A DNA stretch of 57,272 bases, filler included, from Sluysia triapertura (GCA_046118255.1; 4 parts of 4 records of this genome joined end to end with filler, not necessarily neighbours in it), one strand, 5' to 3'. Positions 1 through 12,776 are shown, counted from the whole stretch's first letter. Made by a program: numbers and translations. Notes: generated by a model not told the origin, from the letters alone.

Positions 1-1253
1 TAATAATGATAGTAATAATAATATTAACAGTAATAATAATAATAACATTAATAATAATAGTAATAATAATAGTAACAGTAATAATAATAATCATAATAAT
101 AATACTCTTCTACATGTAAATGAGAAATAGTTTCAAAATAATAATATCATTATTATACAGTAATACCTAATAATAGTAAGAGTAATGTCCCCAAGAAAAG
201 GTTTGAAGACCGGAAAAAATATGACTTGTGGAAAATAGTGGATATTTCGAGAAAGAACGCGTGCGAAGTATTTTCTTGTTTGTAGAACTTGTAATCATGG
301 AAACAAGATTTTTCTGTTACATTCTTTAACATTATCGAACTTCAAATTATATTTTCGATCATATTTTGTCGCTCTCTGATGACAATTTTAAATTGAACGT
401 TTTTCGTGTGACAGCGCAAATTCGTGACATAAGTAAGATATATATGATACAGCTATTTCTATCATTGTTTCCATTTATGATATATTCTAATATTTGAGGA
501 TGGCTGTGTGGTGTTACACCCTGCTATATTACACACATCTCATCCAATACCACCATCAACCACATAAACCTCATCACAAACAAAAATCATATTAAGATAA
601 AACTCATTCGCAATATTTGCATTATTACACCTTTATCCTCGGCAAATCATAAACGCGTGATAAAATGTCTTTTATTAACATTTTTTATACGTAACGCTTG
701 TTGCCACCTCGTCATCACTGTAACACTACCCTTTTATTGTATTTTATCGCCTTTCTTTATTACCTCACAGACCTAATTCTGAAACTATTATTATTCTATT
801 TGATATTTTTACATTTTCTACGTATTTTAAATCGGAAGTTTAATCAATACGACCGTGATACAAAGAATAAATGAAAGCTATTTGAAGCAATCACCAGATA
901 TGTTAGAGAAAACGTTGATTTTTGCAAGATACTGAATTTAAATTTTGTATTTTTCCTGGCTCTCATTTAAGAAAACTTTATCCATTTGAATTGTCATTTC
1001 GAAAAAAGGTGGCTTTGTGGCTTATTACCAGTTCATTGGTTTTAGCGACTGTCATCAAATTGATCTTGGTAGAAACATGCGTCTAAAAACTGCTTCGAAA
1101 TATCGTAGTGCTAACAGTATGTAATCCAATATCGCACACAAATTAATTGACTTATCAAGTGTTCTAAGAAAAGCACAAAGTCAGTATTCAGGGAAATTAA
1201 AATCAAAAGATGAAATGAAATTTTTTTGTTAAAATTAAAACTTTTAAGGTGCA

Positions 1254-2255
1254 ATGAATGAACAGAAAGTGCACAGTTCTTGTTCAAAATGTTCTCTAGT
1301 TTTCAGTAAACTAAATAATGATTGTCATACACTTGATAAATCAGGTGTTTCAAATCTATCGGAGTACTTTTTCACTTTGGATGAACAATCTCTTTGTTCT
1401 TGTTTTCATAACCAAAAAGAAAGTGCAAATAAAATAAGTACAAAAATTCAGTTTATTACAGATTCCTTTTTAAAAAATTCTTTTTTTATTTCAATGGCTT
1501 GTCACGAACGTTATGAATGGTCATTAGATGATATGATTTCGGTTTTAAAGTGCTTGATATGTCGTATAAATGTGTCATATTGTCTTAATTTATTTAATAA
1601 AAGCAAATTCACCTTAAATAAAAGTGATATAGATTCAGATATATTACTTTCTTTACAAACTTATTGTTTAATTCCAAAAGTGGTACCAGTTCTCATGTTA
1701 CAAAATATATGTTATTTTTGCGATTTTCGAGGTTTTGCTATTCTACGATCATTTTTTGAAATGGAATTTACTGATTCTTTTGTCGAATTGTTTTTCTTAT
1801 GCAAGAAATTATTGGTGATGATAATTGATTGGTTAGATCCTAAATTTCTTCCTAAGGATTATTTTCTTATGCGCCAGTCTTCGTTAAATTATATTGTTAA
1901 ATTAAACACTTCATTGTTATTGAAACCAATTTCAAATGAGCTAATATTGTTACCTCAATCATCGGCAGAATTATTGATGAAAACAATTAAATCAGTTATC
2001 GACGATTCAATTGATTTTGACTATCTTTTAATTGAAAGTGATAAAAACAGTGATAAACTTAATGGTAATAGTACTAGTAATAGTATCAGTAATAATAATA
2101 GTAATAACAGTAATAACAATAATAATAATAATATAGCGTTATTAGACATATCAAAATACAATGTTCTCAGTATTATATGGCTGTGTTGTAAACCAGAGTC
2201 CGAATTCAAATATTCTGAAAGTGATCACAATCAAATACGGATTCGTCTTCAGTAA
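1254..2255 (+). CDS. Uncharacterised 333-aa ORF (Cys-rich N-half, poly-Asn tract)
   Basis: 1-kb stop-free frame in ~78% AT DNA; no family recognised. A possible acceptor (ttttaag) sits just upstream, so it may be an internal or terminal exon. Confidence 0.55.
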   Translation: MNEQKVHSSCSKCSLVFSKLNNDCHTLDKSGVSNLSEYFFTLDEQSLCSCFHNQKESANKISTKIQFITDSFLKNSFFISMACHERYEWSLDDMISVLKCLICRINVSYCLNLFNKSKFTLNKSDIDSDILLSLQTYCLIPKVVPVLMLQNICYFCDFRGFAILRSFFEMEFTDSFVELFFLCKKLLVMIIDWLDPKFLPKDYFLMRQSSLNYIVKLNTSLLLKPISNELILLPQSSAELLMKTIKSVIDDSIDFDYLLIESDKNSDKLNGNSTSNSISNNNSNNSNNNNNNNIALLDISKYNVLSIIWLCCKPESEFKYSESDHNQIRIRLQ

Positions 2256-2387
2256 TTCAATCGTTTATTGATATTGTTTTATATTTGATTTGTTTTATAA
2301 AAAAGTATTTAGTTTTTGTTAAAATATTAATTTTAGAATTGATGTTTCAAAATATTAAATTTATAGTTGGTATCTTAAAAAATTGAA

Positions 2388-3290
2388 ATGGAAGATCTTA
2401 TTACGTTAGACAAAGATGACCGGAAAATCATGAGAGCTATCGAAATTGAATTAAGAGATAGGGAATCAAGTCAGCTGAATTCAATTATAAAAGTTAGTTC
2501 AACCAATATTCGCCAAATTGCGTATGAGAAAGAAGGTTATGGATCGACAGTTCTAGGTTTCGACTATTTGGTTACTGAACCCATGATAAATCGGACAGGT
2601 AAAGAGTCCGATATTTATACAATCGATGGAGGAAGAAGAATAACTCAAAATTCGGAGCTTGATGTACCATTATTTAAATTTAATTTGAATTTATTAAATG
2701 TTCTTAGGTTGAGACGAGCGGAACATTGGGAAGTTTAAAATTCGAAACAATGAAAGTACTATATGAAGCTGGGTTTCCAGCCCCTGCTCCTTATGCTAAG
2801 AGTCGTGGATGTGTTGTTGTTAGTTACATTAGTGGATTTGTTGTTATTGGTTACATTAGTGGACCTAGTAGATGTTTTGATATGAGTTATATTAGTAGAT
2901 GTTTTGTCATGAGTTACATTAATGGATGTATTGTTACGAGTTGTACTAGTGAAGGTGTACCACTATTTAAATTTGATAAAGTAGTTAAAAAAGAGATCTC
3001 TGATTCTAACAATTTAAATTGTAATGAAAGTGAAAACAGTAAATCAAATTGTAATTAAAGAAACAGAGAGGATGGAAGATACCCTCACTCTGATGGTAAT
3101 GTCGAATCATATAAACTGATGATGATAGATTTTCCTCAGACGATTAGTCGAGATGATAATAAAGCACGAGGAATCTATGAACGACACTGTGATCATATCG
3201 CGTGTTATTTTTTTAAAATTTTTAATATAGATAATGACGAATTACTAGCAGAAGTACTAAAATCTGCAAGTTTTATGACCAAAATGGAAG
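2388..3290 (+). pseudogene. RIOK2: RIO kinase 2 (RIOK2) relic, intronless, frameshifted and internally deleted
   Basis: Collinear RIO2 motifs over three ORFs: LDKDDRKIMRAIE (wHTH start), GFDYL, GKESDIY, FETMKVLYEAGFPAPAP, MIDFPQ, ARGIYERHCDHIACYFFKIF. The catalytic HGD loop is absent. Confidence 0.85.
2804..2947 (+). repeat. Five in-frame 27-nt tandem units (consensus agtggatgtgttgttatgagttacatt) plus one 9-nt partial unit
   Basis: Units start at 2804, 2831, 2867, 2894 and 2921; they encode SGCVVMSYI-like 9-mers. Confidence 0.85.
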
Positions 3291-3959
3291 CTGTTAAAGG
3301 AAGAATTATCATTTGCAAAATTTCCTGTCCCATCTATTACCGTGGTCCAAACGTGTACACGAAAATATATTATCAGTGTAAGACTTTTCTTTTTAGTATT
3401 ATATCGTTTTATGTTTTAAAAATGATTACGGGTGTAGCGCACTTATATCTTAATAAAATAATGTCAATGTGTTTTTATTTTATACGCCCTCACCGGCATA
3501 GCACGAACATTTTGATGTGCCCTAAGCACGGCTTTTGTAATAATGATGTAAAATCTCATAAAGAGTACAAGTTTATTAAATTAGATAAAAATTTCCTTGA
3601 CATAAATAAGAACTTTTTACTAATAAAGTAAATTAATTACATATTACATATATTCACATTCATGCATTAATTCGGTTTTGTTAAAACAACAACAATAATG
3701 ATAATAGTAATAATAATATCATAACAATAATAACATAATGATAATAATAGAATTATTATTTCTGTTAGAACTTAAATCTTAATAATTCTTAACATGTTAA
3801 AAATAAGTTTATAGCTTATTAATTATTTTTAAAGTGAAAAAATTATAATGAGTTTAAATGGAGAATGAGTATTATATTTAATTTATAACAAAAAATTATA
3901 TTTTAAATTTAAATGAAGTATTTTACATTTTAATTTTGTCAGATCACAAAATCATCTGT

Positions 3960-5665
3960 TGTATTACGCGGTATTCTTGGTGTAATCCTTTATTCATAAC
4001 CAAAGTTATTTTTATCGCCTCTTCTAAATACAAAATTATTATTTCCTTGGTAATTTGTATAATTACTGGCTCCTCTGTAATTAAAATTACTTTCATATTC
4101 TAGTTAGTTATATTTTGCAGTATCATTTCCTCTATAATTAGGGCCGTTTCCATTGCAGTTAGAATTATATTTTTAGTCAGAACTGTAATTCTTATGATCA
4201 AATCTTAGTGACTCACTTTTCGTGAGAAAATTTCTATTCTTAACACTACTGTCATTATCACTTATGTTACTTATTTTATTTCGTACTTCGGCTTGAGATT
4301 TCTCAAAGCTTCTTAACTTCTCAACAATATTCTTAAGAGGTAAAGAATCTTTCAAATATATATATTTCATTTCATCAGGGATTTTAACATACATGCGAAT
4401 TCATATACAGTTTCTTTGAATTTTGTTTCCTTATAATAACCATTGTAGCATAATGCAGTGAGCTCAAGATATAAGCACACTTATCAACAAAATCATAAAC
4501 AAACCTCAACACAACCCAAAATATTTCTATAAATAAAATCTTAAACAAACTTAAACACATTTATCAAAGCATCAAATAATGTATATCATACACCAAAAAC
4601 AATTGTTATATTATACCAAAACGCAGTTCACTACAACTTTTATATTATTACATACTTCAATAATCATACGAAGTTTTACAATCAAAGTTTATCATGGTTA
4701 TTTAATATTATAATTAAGATTATTATTAAAAGCTTATACAAATAGAATCAACTTAGACTTATAATCAAATTAACATAATTTAATTAAATATTCAATGTAA
4801 CTTAAACGTAACAAGAATTTAATTTACAACAACAGAATTTAATTTATAGCATCAGAATATAACATAACACATAAATTTTGATGATTGATATCACTCAAGG
4901 CGTTCAAAATATAGCTTTTTTATATTTTATATTTTACTTAAAGAATTCAGTGTATAGTGCCGATTTATGTAGTTCTAATTTGGGCGCCAAATTTTGCTAG
5001 ATTTTTTAAATTATTTAAGGATATAATTGTAAAAATATAAATTATATTTAATTATATATTTATTTATATTTTAGAAAATTATAAAAATTATTAATTGTAA
5101 AAAATTACTAAAAATTATTATTAAAATATTATATATAGTAAAAATAAAAATTTAATTATTTTGAAAATTGAGTAAAAAAGAAAATTCTAGAAGCAATTGT
5201 TTAAACTAATTAAATTTATTAATATGGCTCCTTATAGCCATTACAGTAAAAATAGAAATACAAAAAATAGTCACAAAACACAATTTGATGATACAAAGTA
5301 ACGCTATTTTATTTCACAAGCGGTAGCCATTTTAATTATACAAGTTGATGTATAAAGTGTAATACGGAGAACAATTCAATTCAAGTTATTACATTCAATT
5401 CAATTGATTATATTCGAAAATTGACGAGATAGACTTTTATATTCGGCAGCATCATTAACTATATCCAAACAAATTAGTTATCCATTAATTTAAATAGATG
5501 GAAAACTCCTAAGAGTTATAAAATATACTTAAACTTTTCAATTTTTCTTTGGTTATTAAGATCAATTATAAAAAACCACTAAACTGTAAAATCATTATTA
5601 TTTCTGTTGGTACTTAAGATCAATAATAAAATATTGTCAAATAGATGGAGCCTTCGACTAGATAG
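3960..5665 (-). mobile_element. LTR-retrotransposon relic: 5' LTR-like block (~4995-5665), PBS, decayed gag-like ORF
   Basis: On the minus strand TGGCGCCCAA follows a CA within 5 nt. ORF 4173-4394 lies downstream, followed by a degenerate knuckle-like SNCNGNG. The block 5140-5665 is homologous to 22135-22605. Confidence 0.6.
4980..4989 (-). promoter_or_regulatory. Primer-binding site complementary to the tRNA-Lys(CUU) 3' end
   Basis: Plus strand ttgggcgcca = minus TGGCGCCCAA, matching the first 10 nt of the canonical Lys PBS TGGCGCCCAACG. Confidence 0.6.
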
Positions 5666-5917
5666 AATATTTATTGATATTATTATTTATTTATTATAAT
5701 TATTTATATTATTATTTATTTATTATTATTATTTATACATTTGAACCATTTGATTTGATAATTTGATTTTTAATAACCTGACTGAAAGATACGTCATTGT
5801 GAATAGTTTTCAAGGAATCTATCAGAAAAACTACATTTTAAAAAATTATACTGTTAATCCGTTGAAAACTTAAGTGCAATTTTACAAGTAGCAAATATAT
5901 CAAGATTTGTTAAATTA

Positions 5918-6606
5918 TAGTTACAGGAACGCCTGCTCCAAGTCATTTACTGTAACCCGATCTTACTCATTTTTATTTTGCTGTAGGTTACGAGTTAAGA
6001 AATATTATTAATAAATTAATTAAGTTAAATAAATTGTGATTAGTGACATTGATTTTAATGTATAATATTAAAATTTTGGAGTGATTTGGATTCATTTGGA
6101 TTAAGATAAATTAACTGAATTATTTATTTAAATGTCACCTTCCTTGTAATTATATAAATTTATGTGTAACTTGACATTATTCTGTATTATAAAACTACTG
6201 GCGACACGGTATTCTGGACTGCTTTGTTGTTATTACTTATTTCTATTAGCAATCTAAACTGTTATACTAAATACTGATTTATTTGAACTTGTATTTTGAT
6301 AGGTTGTCGTTACAATCTTTAAAAATCATAACTATTTTGAAAAAAGAAAATTATTTTCCAAAAACGAAAATATTTTTTACAAATATCTTCTGGTATAAAT
6401 ACTAACTTCAGATGAATTACAACTCATTTTTTGAACTACAATTTGAAAGTTTTTCAATTATAAAAAAGAATTAGAAAGTTTTCAATATTAATGTGGTTTT
6501 GCTCATGTTGTGGTTTTTCTAACACTTAATTTAAGACAAAATATTTTTGAACAGGACTTGGTTACAGCAAAGGTTTTTTGTCGTGAAGAGGGCATTTCTG
6601 TAACTG
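5918..6606. mobile_element. Non-autonomous Tc1/pogo-type element (TA-flanked, ~50-bp imperfect TIR)
   Basis: Left TA|TAGTTACAGGAACGCC...TTTACTGTAACC; right (reverse complement) TA|CAGTTACAGAAATGCC...TTTGCTGTAACC. Confidence 0.65.
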
Positions 6607-7100
6607 TATAAGCTAATATTTTATCTAAATAGTAATGCTTTTTAATTAGAGTCTTATCAAATGCTCAATTAACTACGTATTTAACTTCTTAAAAAATTCT
6701 AATGAAATTATTAAAGATAAACTAAAATAATTTGTTTCTAAAATCACAAAAAGATTTACTTATACATAAAGAATAGACAGAAAACTAATAAAATTGATTT
6801 TTACAATTAAGACAAAAATTCATTTTTGTTATAAAATAAATTTAAGTAGATTTTGTCCCTCATTATATCTGGGAAACTTACTATAACTTTAAAAATAAAG
6901 TCGAGTAGAGTTTAAGATACTAATTTTCGCAATTAGTATCATCTTAATAAAAATAAAAGCGGGTTCTGTTTGAACAATTGTTAATTTTTGATTATCGATC
7001 GATAAACTAAAAATATGCAACCCAAAAATAAATAAAGTAAAGAACAAAATGGCGACTAAATCTAAATTCTCATTAAACTGATGCTAATTTATGTACTAGT

Positions 7101-7310
7101 CATCATCCAGTGGGAATCGATGGAAGGATCTAGAACATTCTAAAAGCTTCTATTCTATTTATAAAAATTTTATTTTATTTTTTCCAAAAGTAATTTTTTT
7201 GAAAAATAATTTCTTTTTTGGAAAATAAAAATTTTTAAATGATTTTAAAGATGTCTAAGTGATTCGAAAGTGTTATAATGATTTTGGAGGGTTTTGATGA
7301 CAACCAAACA
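7101..7310 (-). repeat. Dispersed repeat, copy 1 (unclassified family)
   Basis: Reverse complement shares tttggttgtcatc, ttattttc..aaaaaagaaa and ttccat.gatt..ca.tg blocks, in order, with 55651-55815. Confidence 0.55.
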
Positions 7311-10114
7311 CACACACAATAGTGAAAGAGTAAACTGCACATAAAATTGTTCATTTGTGAATCAATTAATTGTAATTTAAATGAAAAGGAATTGGGGGAT
7401 TCCAGCTTTTAGAAATTAAATAGACCTTCTGTCTTATACAAAACTGAAAGACATAAAATAAATTGGAATAACCTTACATACATTTAATAGCCTACTAGAA
7501 AACTTAAAGATGTATGGCAAACTTTCACGTTAAACATTTTTACTTTTAGTTATAAGTCGTATATCATATAATGTAAACGATCCCTTGTAAAATTTATTTT
7601 TCTTACGTTGAGAGTAAGAAAAAACGACATTTTTATTGAATAATTTATGTTTTCAGAAAGAATATTAACTATTTTTCTCACAAAATTATCTAATATTTTT
7701 CATATTAAATTAGAAAACTTTTAATTCATACTTAAAATTCAATTTTATTTTTATAAAGTGCCACTGCAAACAATTTATTTGTACAGGTTTCTTTATATAT
7801 TTTTAATAGCTTTATCAATAAATCATACTGCATTAATAAAAAGGCCTAGATTGTTTGTTTTCATATTAGCTATATAGCATGAAGAAAGTTAAAAAATTGT
7901 ATGTTTATTTAATTAAATTTTCACTTAATTATTATTATAAATAATAATAAAATTCGAAAGCATATAAGTAAATTTTAAATGGTATGTAATGTATAATATG
8001 AAAATGTATTTATAATAAGTATAATTATAAATAATTAAAACTTTAAAATAGTAGAAAACATTTGTACAAATAAATGTAGGCACAATAATGTGTAAACTGT
8101 GCCAATTAAATGTATGTATATGTATAAAAAATGTCACACTTCATTTAAATAAATATTTATTGATGAAAAAAGTGTCATATAAGTCTAACATTACGACAGT
8201 AATAATATTTATAATAATAGTGTAATTCTTATATAAAATGATGAATGTATTATGATTTATATTATTTTTGTCTTAAATTTAATTCTACTTATTTATATTT
8301 TTAAGGTATATCTAGATTTAAGTCATAAATTATTAATATAGTATTGGCTATATGAATTTGTAATTGTAATAATATTTATATTAGTTTTATTGACTTTTTT
8401 ATTGACAACTTAGCTGTCACTGCACACAATTATCTGTATCAATAATATTTCTTGAAAGATATAAACACACAAATGTTTGTTATTTCGGTGCTGATAAAAA
8501 TTTTATTGATAATTTATTATCTGAAAGGTCTTTAGATTTTATATGGAATTTCTTTACAATATAATTCTTTATTTTATTAACTTATTTACTACAGTTTTGT
8601 TCTTTTTAAAATTTATTCGTTGAAATTTAAAGTTCTTATATTACAGACTGCAACCTATAAAATTATGTTACATGTTAATTTGTGGTGGTAGAGATAGTTG
8701 AGCAAATTCTTAGAAATTAATTATCTTATTGAAGACATTTTATAGCAAGAGAAATTGTGGTGAAACAACTCATAATCCAAAATTCTATTGTGAAGTTAGA
8801 TTGTCACCATAACCCTTTAAAATCACTAAATTTATTATGAAAAATCAATTAAAATCATTAAATTCCTTAAAAGAATATAATTTTAGAAAAAATAAAACTT
8901 ATTTTCTGCAAAAAATTTCTAGACTGTTCTAGATTAAGCCACAATTTTATTTACAAATTTTTAACGACGAAAATACGATTTATCAAATTCAATAATCAAT
9001 TTTTAATCTCTATCATTTTCAGATCATTTAGCGTTGTTAATATCATTTATTAGTAGGGCATTTTAGGAAAACAAGCTGAATTTAATTTATCATTCTACAG
9101 ATTGAAAAAAATATCCTATGGAAAATAATTTATTTAACTTTGTTTAACCGATCTACTGTCCGATTTCTTTTTAAAAATCAACAATTATGAATAATTTTAA
9201 ATAAATGGGCAACAAACAAAAGAAATAAATTATACGTTATACTAAAGTTAAAGTATTTATTTGATTCTACTATAATTTATCTACACAATGCTAATTTTTA
9301 ATATATTACGTCAGATACAAAAACTAAATTAATAAATGTAAAGTATTAGAATTAAAAATCATAAATCAATTTTAAAAGAATAGATTAGACGTTAAAAGTA
9401 AAATTATTTATTCGATTCTACAATACTATGCTGTATAATCAATTTATGCGATTATTTATAAATATTAATTTTTATAATTAATATTCTTTTGATTTTTTTT
9501 GAAATTAAGTTTATTTGGTAATAAAAATTACAGAATAGTTTAATTTTAATATTTCCTGTATTTTATAAATTCAAAAATATTTCTTACAATTAATTTAACT
9601 AACGATTAATCAATACTACATCAAATTTATTCAGATAAATTCTGGATGTATTTGATTCCAAATTATAATCTTCTTCGTCTCAATAAAATTTATCTTCACA
9701 ATTCTTTAAAATTAACAAAATATAACCTAAAAACTTCTAAATTTAATAAATAAAATTTGTAATTCAGCTACTATTTATATGCATATTGATAGATTTAAAC
9801 AAAATTTTTTAAGATTTAATATTTTATATTTTTAAATATTCAATATATTTTTTAATATGTAATATATATAATTATTTTATAATAATTTAATTATATTAAT
9901 AATTTTATCATAATTAATATAATAATTTGTTTAATAATTTAATTATATTAAATTATATTTATAATTTTATCATAATTAATATAATAATTTGTTTAATTAT
10001 TATTTAACTTATTTAATTTTATTTTATTTAATAATATTTACTTTACTTTTACACTTTATTGATTAACAAGCTATTCTTTTATTGTATATAAATTTTTTGC
10101 ACACGAATAATTAA

Positions 10115-10657
10115 CCATTTCAGACAGGGTGCCTATCTGGTAGTTTTTAAAGATAATAAGTGAACCAATAGGAATTTCAGAATAGTGACAAGAGTTTTCA
10201 TTTGATACATAAGCTTGTTGAATTATCTAGAAAGATAAAATTTTTTGCGCGAAATAAGAGTGAAAAATTGGTATTCTCTGTAAAAGAAATTTTTGACCAT
10301 TTTATTTCTTTATTTCTCGTGTTTATGTCAATTGAGTTTACTTTTAAAGCCATCTTTTTATTCGTGTGATTGATATTTTAATGTCTTATCAATTATTTGC
10401 TGAAATTCACAATAATCCTGGTTCAGAAACAGATATGTACAGCAATTCAGATAGTGAATGTGTTAAAATTCTAGTTTTGTTTATTATTTAATAATGATTA
10501 CTTTATTTAATATTATATTGATCTCCTCTTTGATAAAGTTTACTTATGAGATATAAGATGATAGCTTACTTTTAATATTAGAGTAGGTAAATTTACCTGT
10601 AAAGATAAATTTATGTACAAAGTAACTTAAAATACTTGTTTCTGTTGTCCGAAATGG
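10115..10657. mobile_element. piggyBac-like MITE relic
   Basis: TTAA|CCATTTCAGACA at left and TGTCCGAAATGG at right (11/12 inverted match); the right TTAA is not preserved. Confidence 0.45.
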
Positions 10658-11330
10658 AAATGCTAAACAAGTAATCCTTTACAAATTTTTGTCGCTGCAA
10701 AGCTATAACTCCACTAGAACACTATTGTACTTCAGGGTCTTTGTGAAAATTTAACTCTAATCTTGTCTATATTACTCTATTTTCAACCTCTTTTAACAAT
10801 TATCAATAAATATAAAACTAAGTTACAATAATTTTAGTTATAATATAATAAAGTCTCGCAATATTTCCAAAATTGTAAATTTATTTATTGAATTTTCAAT
10901 ATGTTCGGTTTTCTTACTACTCGAACAATTATGAATAAATTTTAAGTTGGGCCCGCCTACGCTAAACGATTTACCTATAATGGACGTTCACGTAGGATTT
11001 TAAAGCTTTGTCAAGTAATCGAAGATCAAAAGATTTTTAAGCGTGTATGATTAATAATTATCTTACTTAATAACTAGGTTCTTTACTAATTAACTGTTTC
11101 TTTAAATGTAAAAGCTCTTATCTGTACTATATTTCCAAGTCTTTAACACCTTTAATTTATTTCTTTCAAAAAATGATTAAAACTGAAGTTAGAAAGACCT
11201 TTATGCCAATAACTATAATTTTAAACTCTTTTTAACTTAATTTTTTAATTAAAAAATTATCTTTAACAATTTACGTCTTAAACAATAAAATACAAAACTT
11301 TTAATAACTACTGTGTTACTGAATCTTTTT

Positions 11331-11430
11331 NNNNNNNNNNNNNNNNNNNNNNNNNNNNNNNNNNNNNNNNNNNNTTAATTAATTAANNNNNNNNNNNNNN
11401 NNNNNNNNNNNNNNNNNNNNNNNNNNNNNN
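11331..11430. other. Artificial contig spacer 44N-TTAATTAATTAA-44N
   Basis: Identical 100-nt structure occurs three times; the 12-mer is a palindrome with stops in all six frames. Confidence 0.95.
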
Positions 11431-11483
11431 ATATAGTATATATATTGCATCTTAGTACATTAATTTATTTTATTACCTTAATA

Positions 11484-11533
11484 CAGTGGTGTCAAAGTGG
11501 CGGCCCGTAAAGCAAAAAGGTTTGACAGCACTG
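11484..11533. mobile_element. 50-bp hAT (Charlie/Buster-like) mini-element
   Basis: CAGTGGTGTCAAA...TTTGACAGCACTG (12/13 TIR) with the GCGGCCCG subterminal motif; 8-bp TSD not conserved. Confidence 0.7.
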
Positions 11534-12703
11534 ATCTATATAGTTTTACATGAACATATTCATTTGGAAGATCATTAAAATAATGCATTGATGATCCATT
11601 TCGGGAAAATGTTTGTATTTTGTATTTCACAATCAGTTGTTTTTGTCACAAAGAAATTAAAGTACACTAACAATAAACGAAAACGTGGATGACAGTTCTA
11701 CTGGAATTAAAACGATAGGTTGATCGTATTTCCTAAAAGGTGCCATTTCTTTTTTGTTCACAATATATGCCAATTATATATATAAGAACACCTATTCTTT
11801 GCAGATAATTCTTGTCATATTGTTCTCTAACTTCGATAATAAGTTATAAGAGCATTTGTTAGAATTCACTGAACAAAAAGGCAATTATGCTGTAGAATAC
11901 ATTATTTAGAAAGTGATTGCTCGATGTTGAAAGCGCCTTTCAGGAAACTTATTATGACAACAAATGAGAAAATGAAATTGACACTGAACTATTATATTTA
12001 CTTGTTAATTTTGAACTTATTGTTTGCTTTGCTATTATTAAATTTAAATGAAACATTAATGTATATCGTCTTAAACACAGATTTCAATTATTAATAAAAT
12101 TGTATCCTTTCTGGATAAAGTAAGAATTTCTAAGTAACACTCCGATTTAGTCATTATTTCTAGTCAGTTTTACATCATTTTCAATGTTGTCAATGGAGAA
12201 AACAAAAACATTTCACTTACATTAATATTTTTACAAAAAATGAATACCAGAGTATAGATCCATATACGCTTTAGCATTGTTGAAACTAATAATAAAGTAG
12301 GATACAAGTGACAATTGAATAATCGATATAATTCAGATGGAAAGAGAACTCCTTCCGTGTTTGAGTCTCGGTCAGTCCATTTTATTAAGTACAATACAAG
12401 TTATCTATTTATGGGCCTTGCAATTTTTCAATCGCCCATTGTGAGAATAGTTACATCAGTTAAATAAAGTTATAACATGTTAGTTAATCCTTAAATGCAG
12501 GATTTTTCCTTATTTCATGCATTTCAAATTTTCGATAACCTTCGATTGGCAGTCTCGAAAGAAAAGAATGTGTTGCCACTCGATAAAATATATTATGTAG
12601 ATAATGATAATTCTACAACAGCATGCAGTGAGCGAATACTAATACTATGGTGTGCTGCAGTATTACAACGATATGCATTTAAGATTTGTTAGACTTCGTA
12701 TAA

Positions 12704-12776
12704 TGGACTGACCGGGGATCGAACCCGGGACCTCTGGCTGCGCAGTTCGAATGTTCTACCACTGAGCTATCAGCCG
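12704..12776 (-). tRNA. tRNA pseudogene or tRNA-derived SINE head (tRNA-Cys-like body, loop reads GCG)
   Basis: Intact A box (TAGCTCAGTGG), B box (GGTTCGATCC), perfect T stem CCGGG/CCCGG and acceptor stem GGCTGA/TCAGTC; the anticodon stem does not pair. Confidence 0.75.

Noticed and set aside
2021-2209. Poly-Leu and poly-Asn ORFs (also 13578-13913, 48017-48214, 53579-53872)
   Set aside because: Translations of AAT/ATT microsatellites.
2251-2388. Spliced fusion of the 333-aa ORF to the RIO2 relic
   Set aside because: Donor at 2251 with acceptors at 2336 or 2366 gives a stop or the wrong frame.
3290-3631. C-terminal part of the 170-aa ORF as RIO2, or as a Helitron 3' end
   Set aside because: No RIO2 similarity after ~3290, and no clear hairpin plus CTRR terminus.
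11375-11386. TTAATTAATTAA as a biological motif or piggyBac site
   Set aside because: Always embedded in identical N padding; it is an assembly linker.
12170-12450. Chromodomain-like WAIEK...YLIKW
   Set aside because: Needs a frameshift and lacks the downstream TWEP motif; too weak to call.
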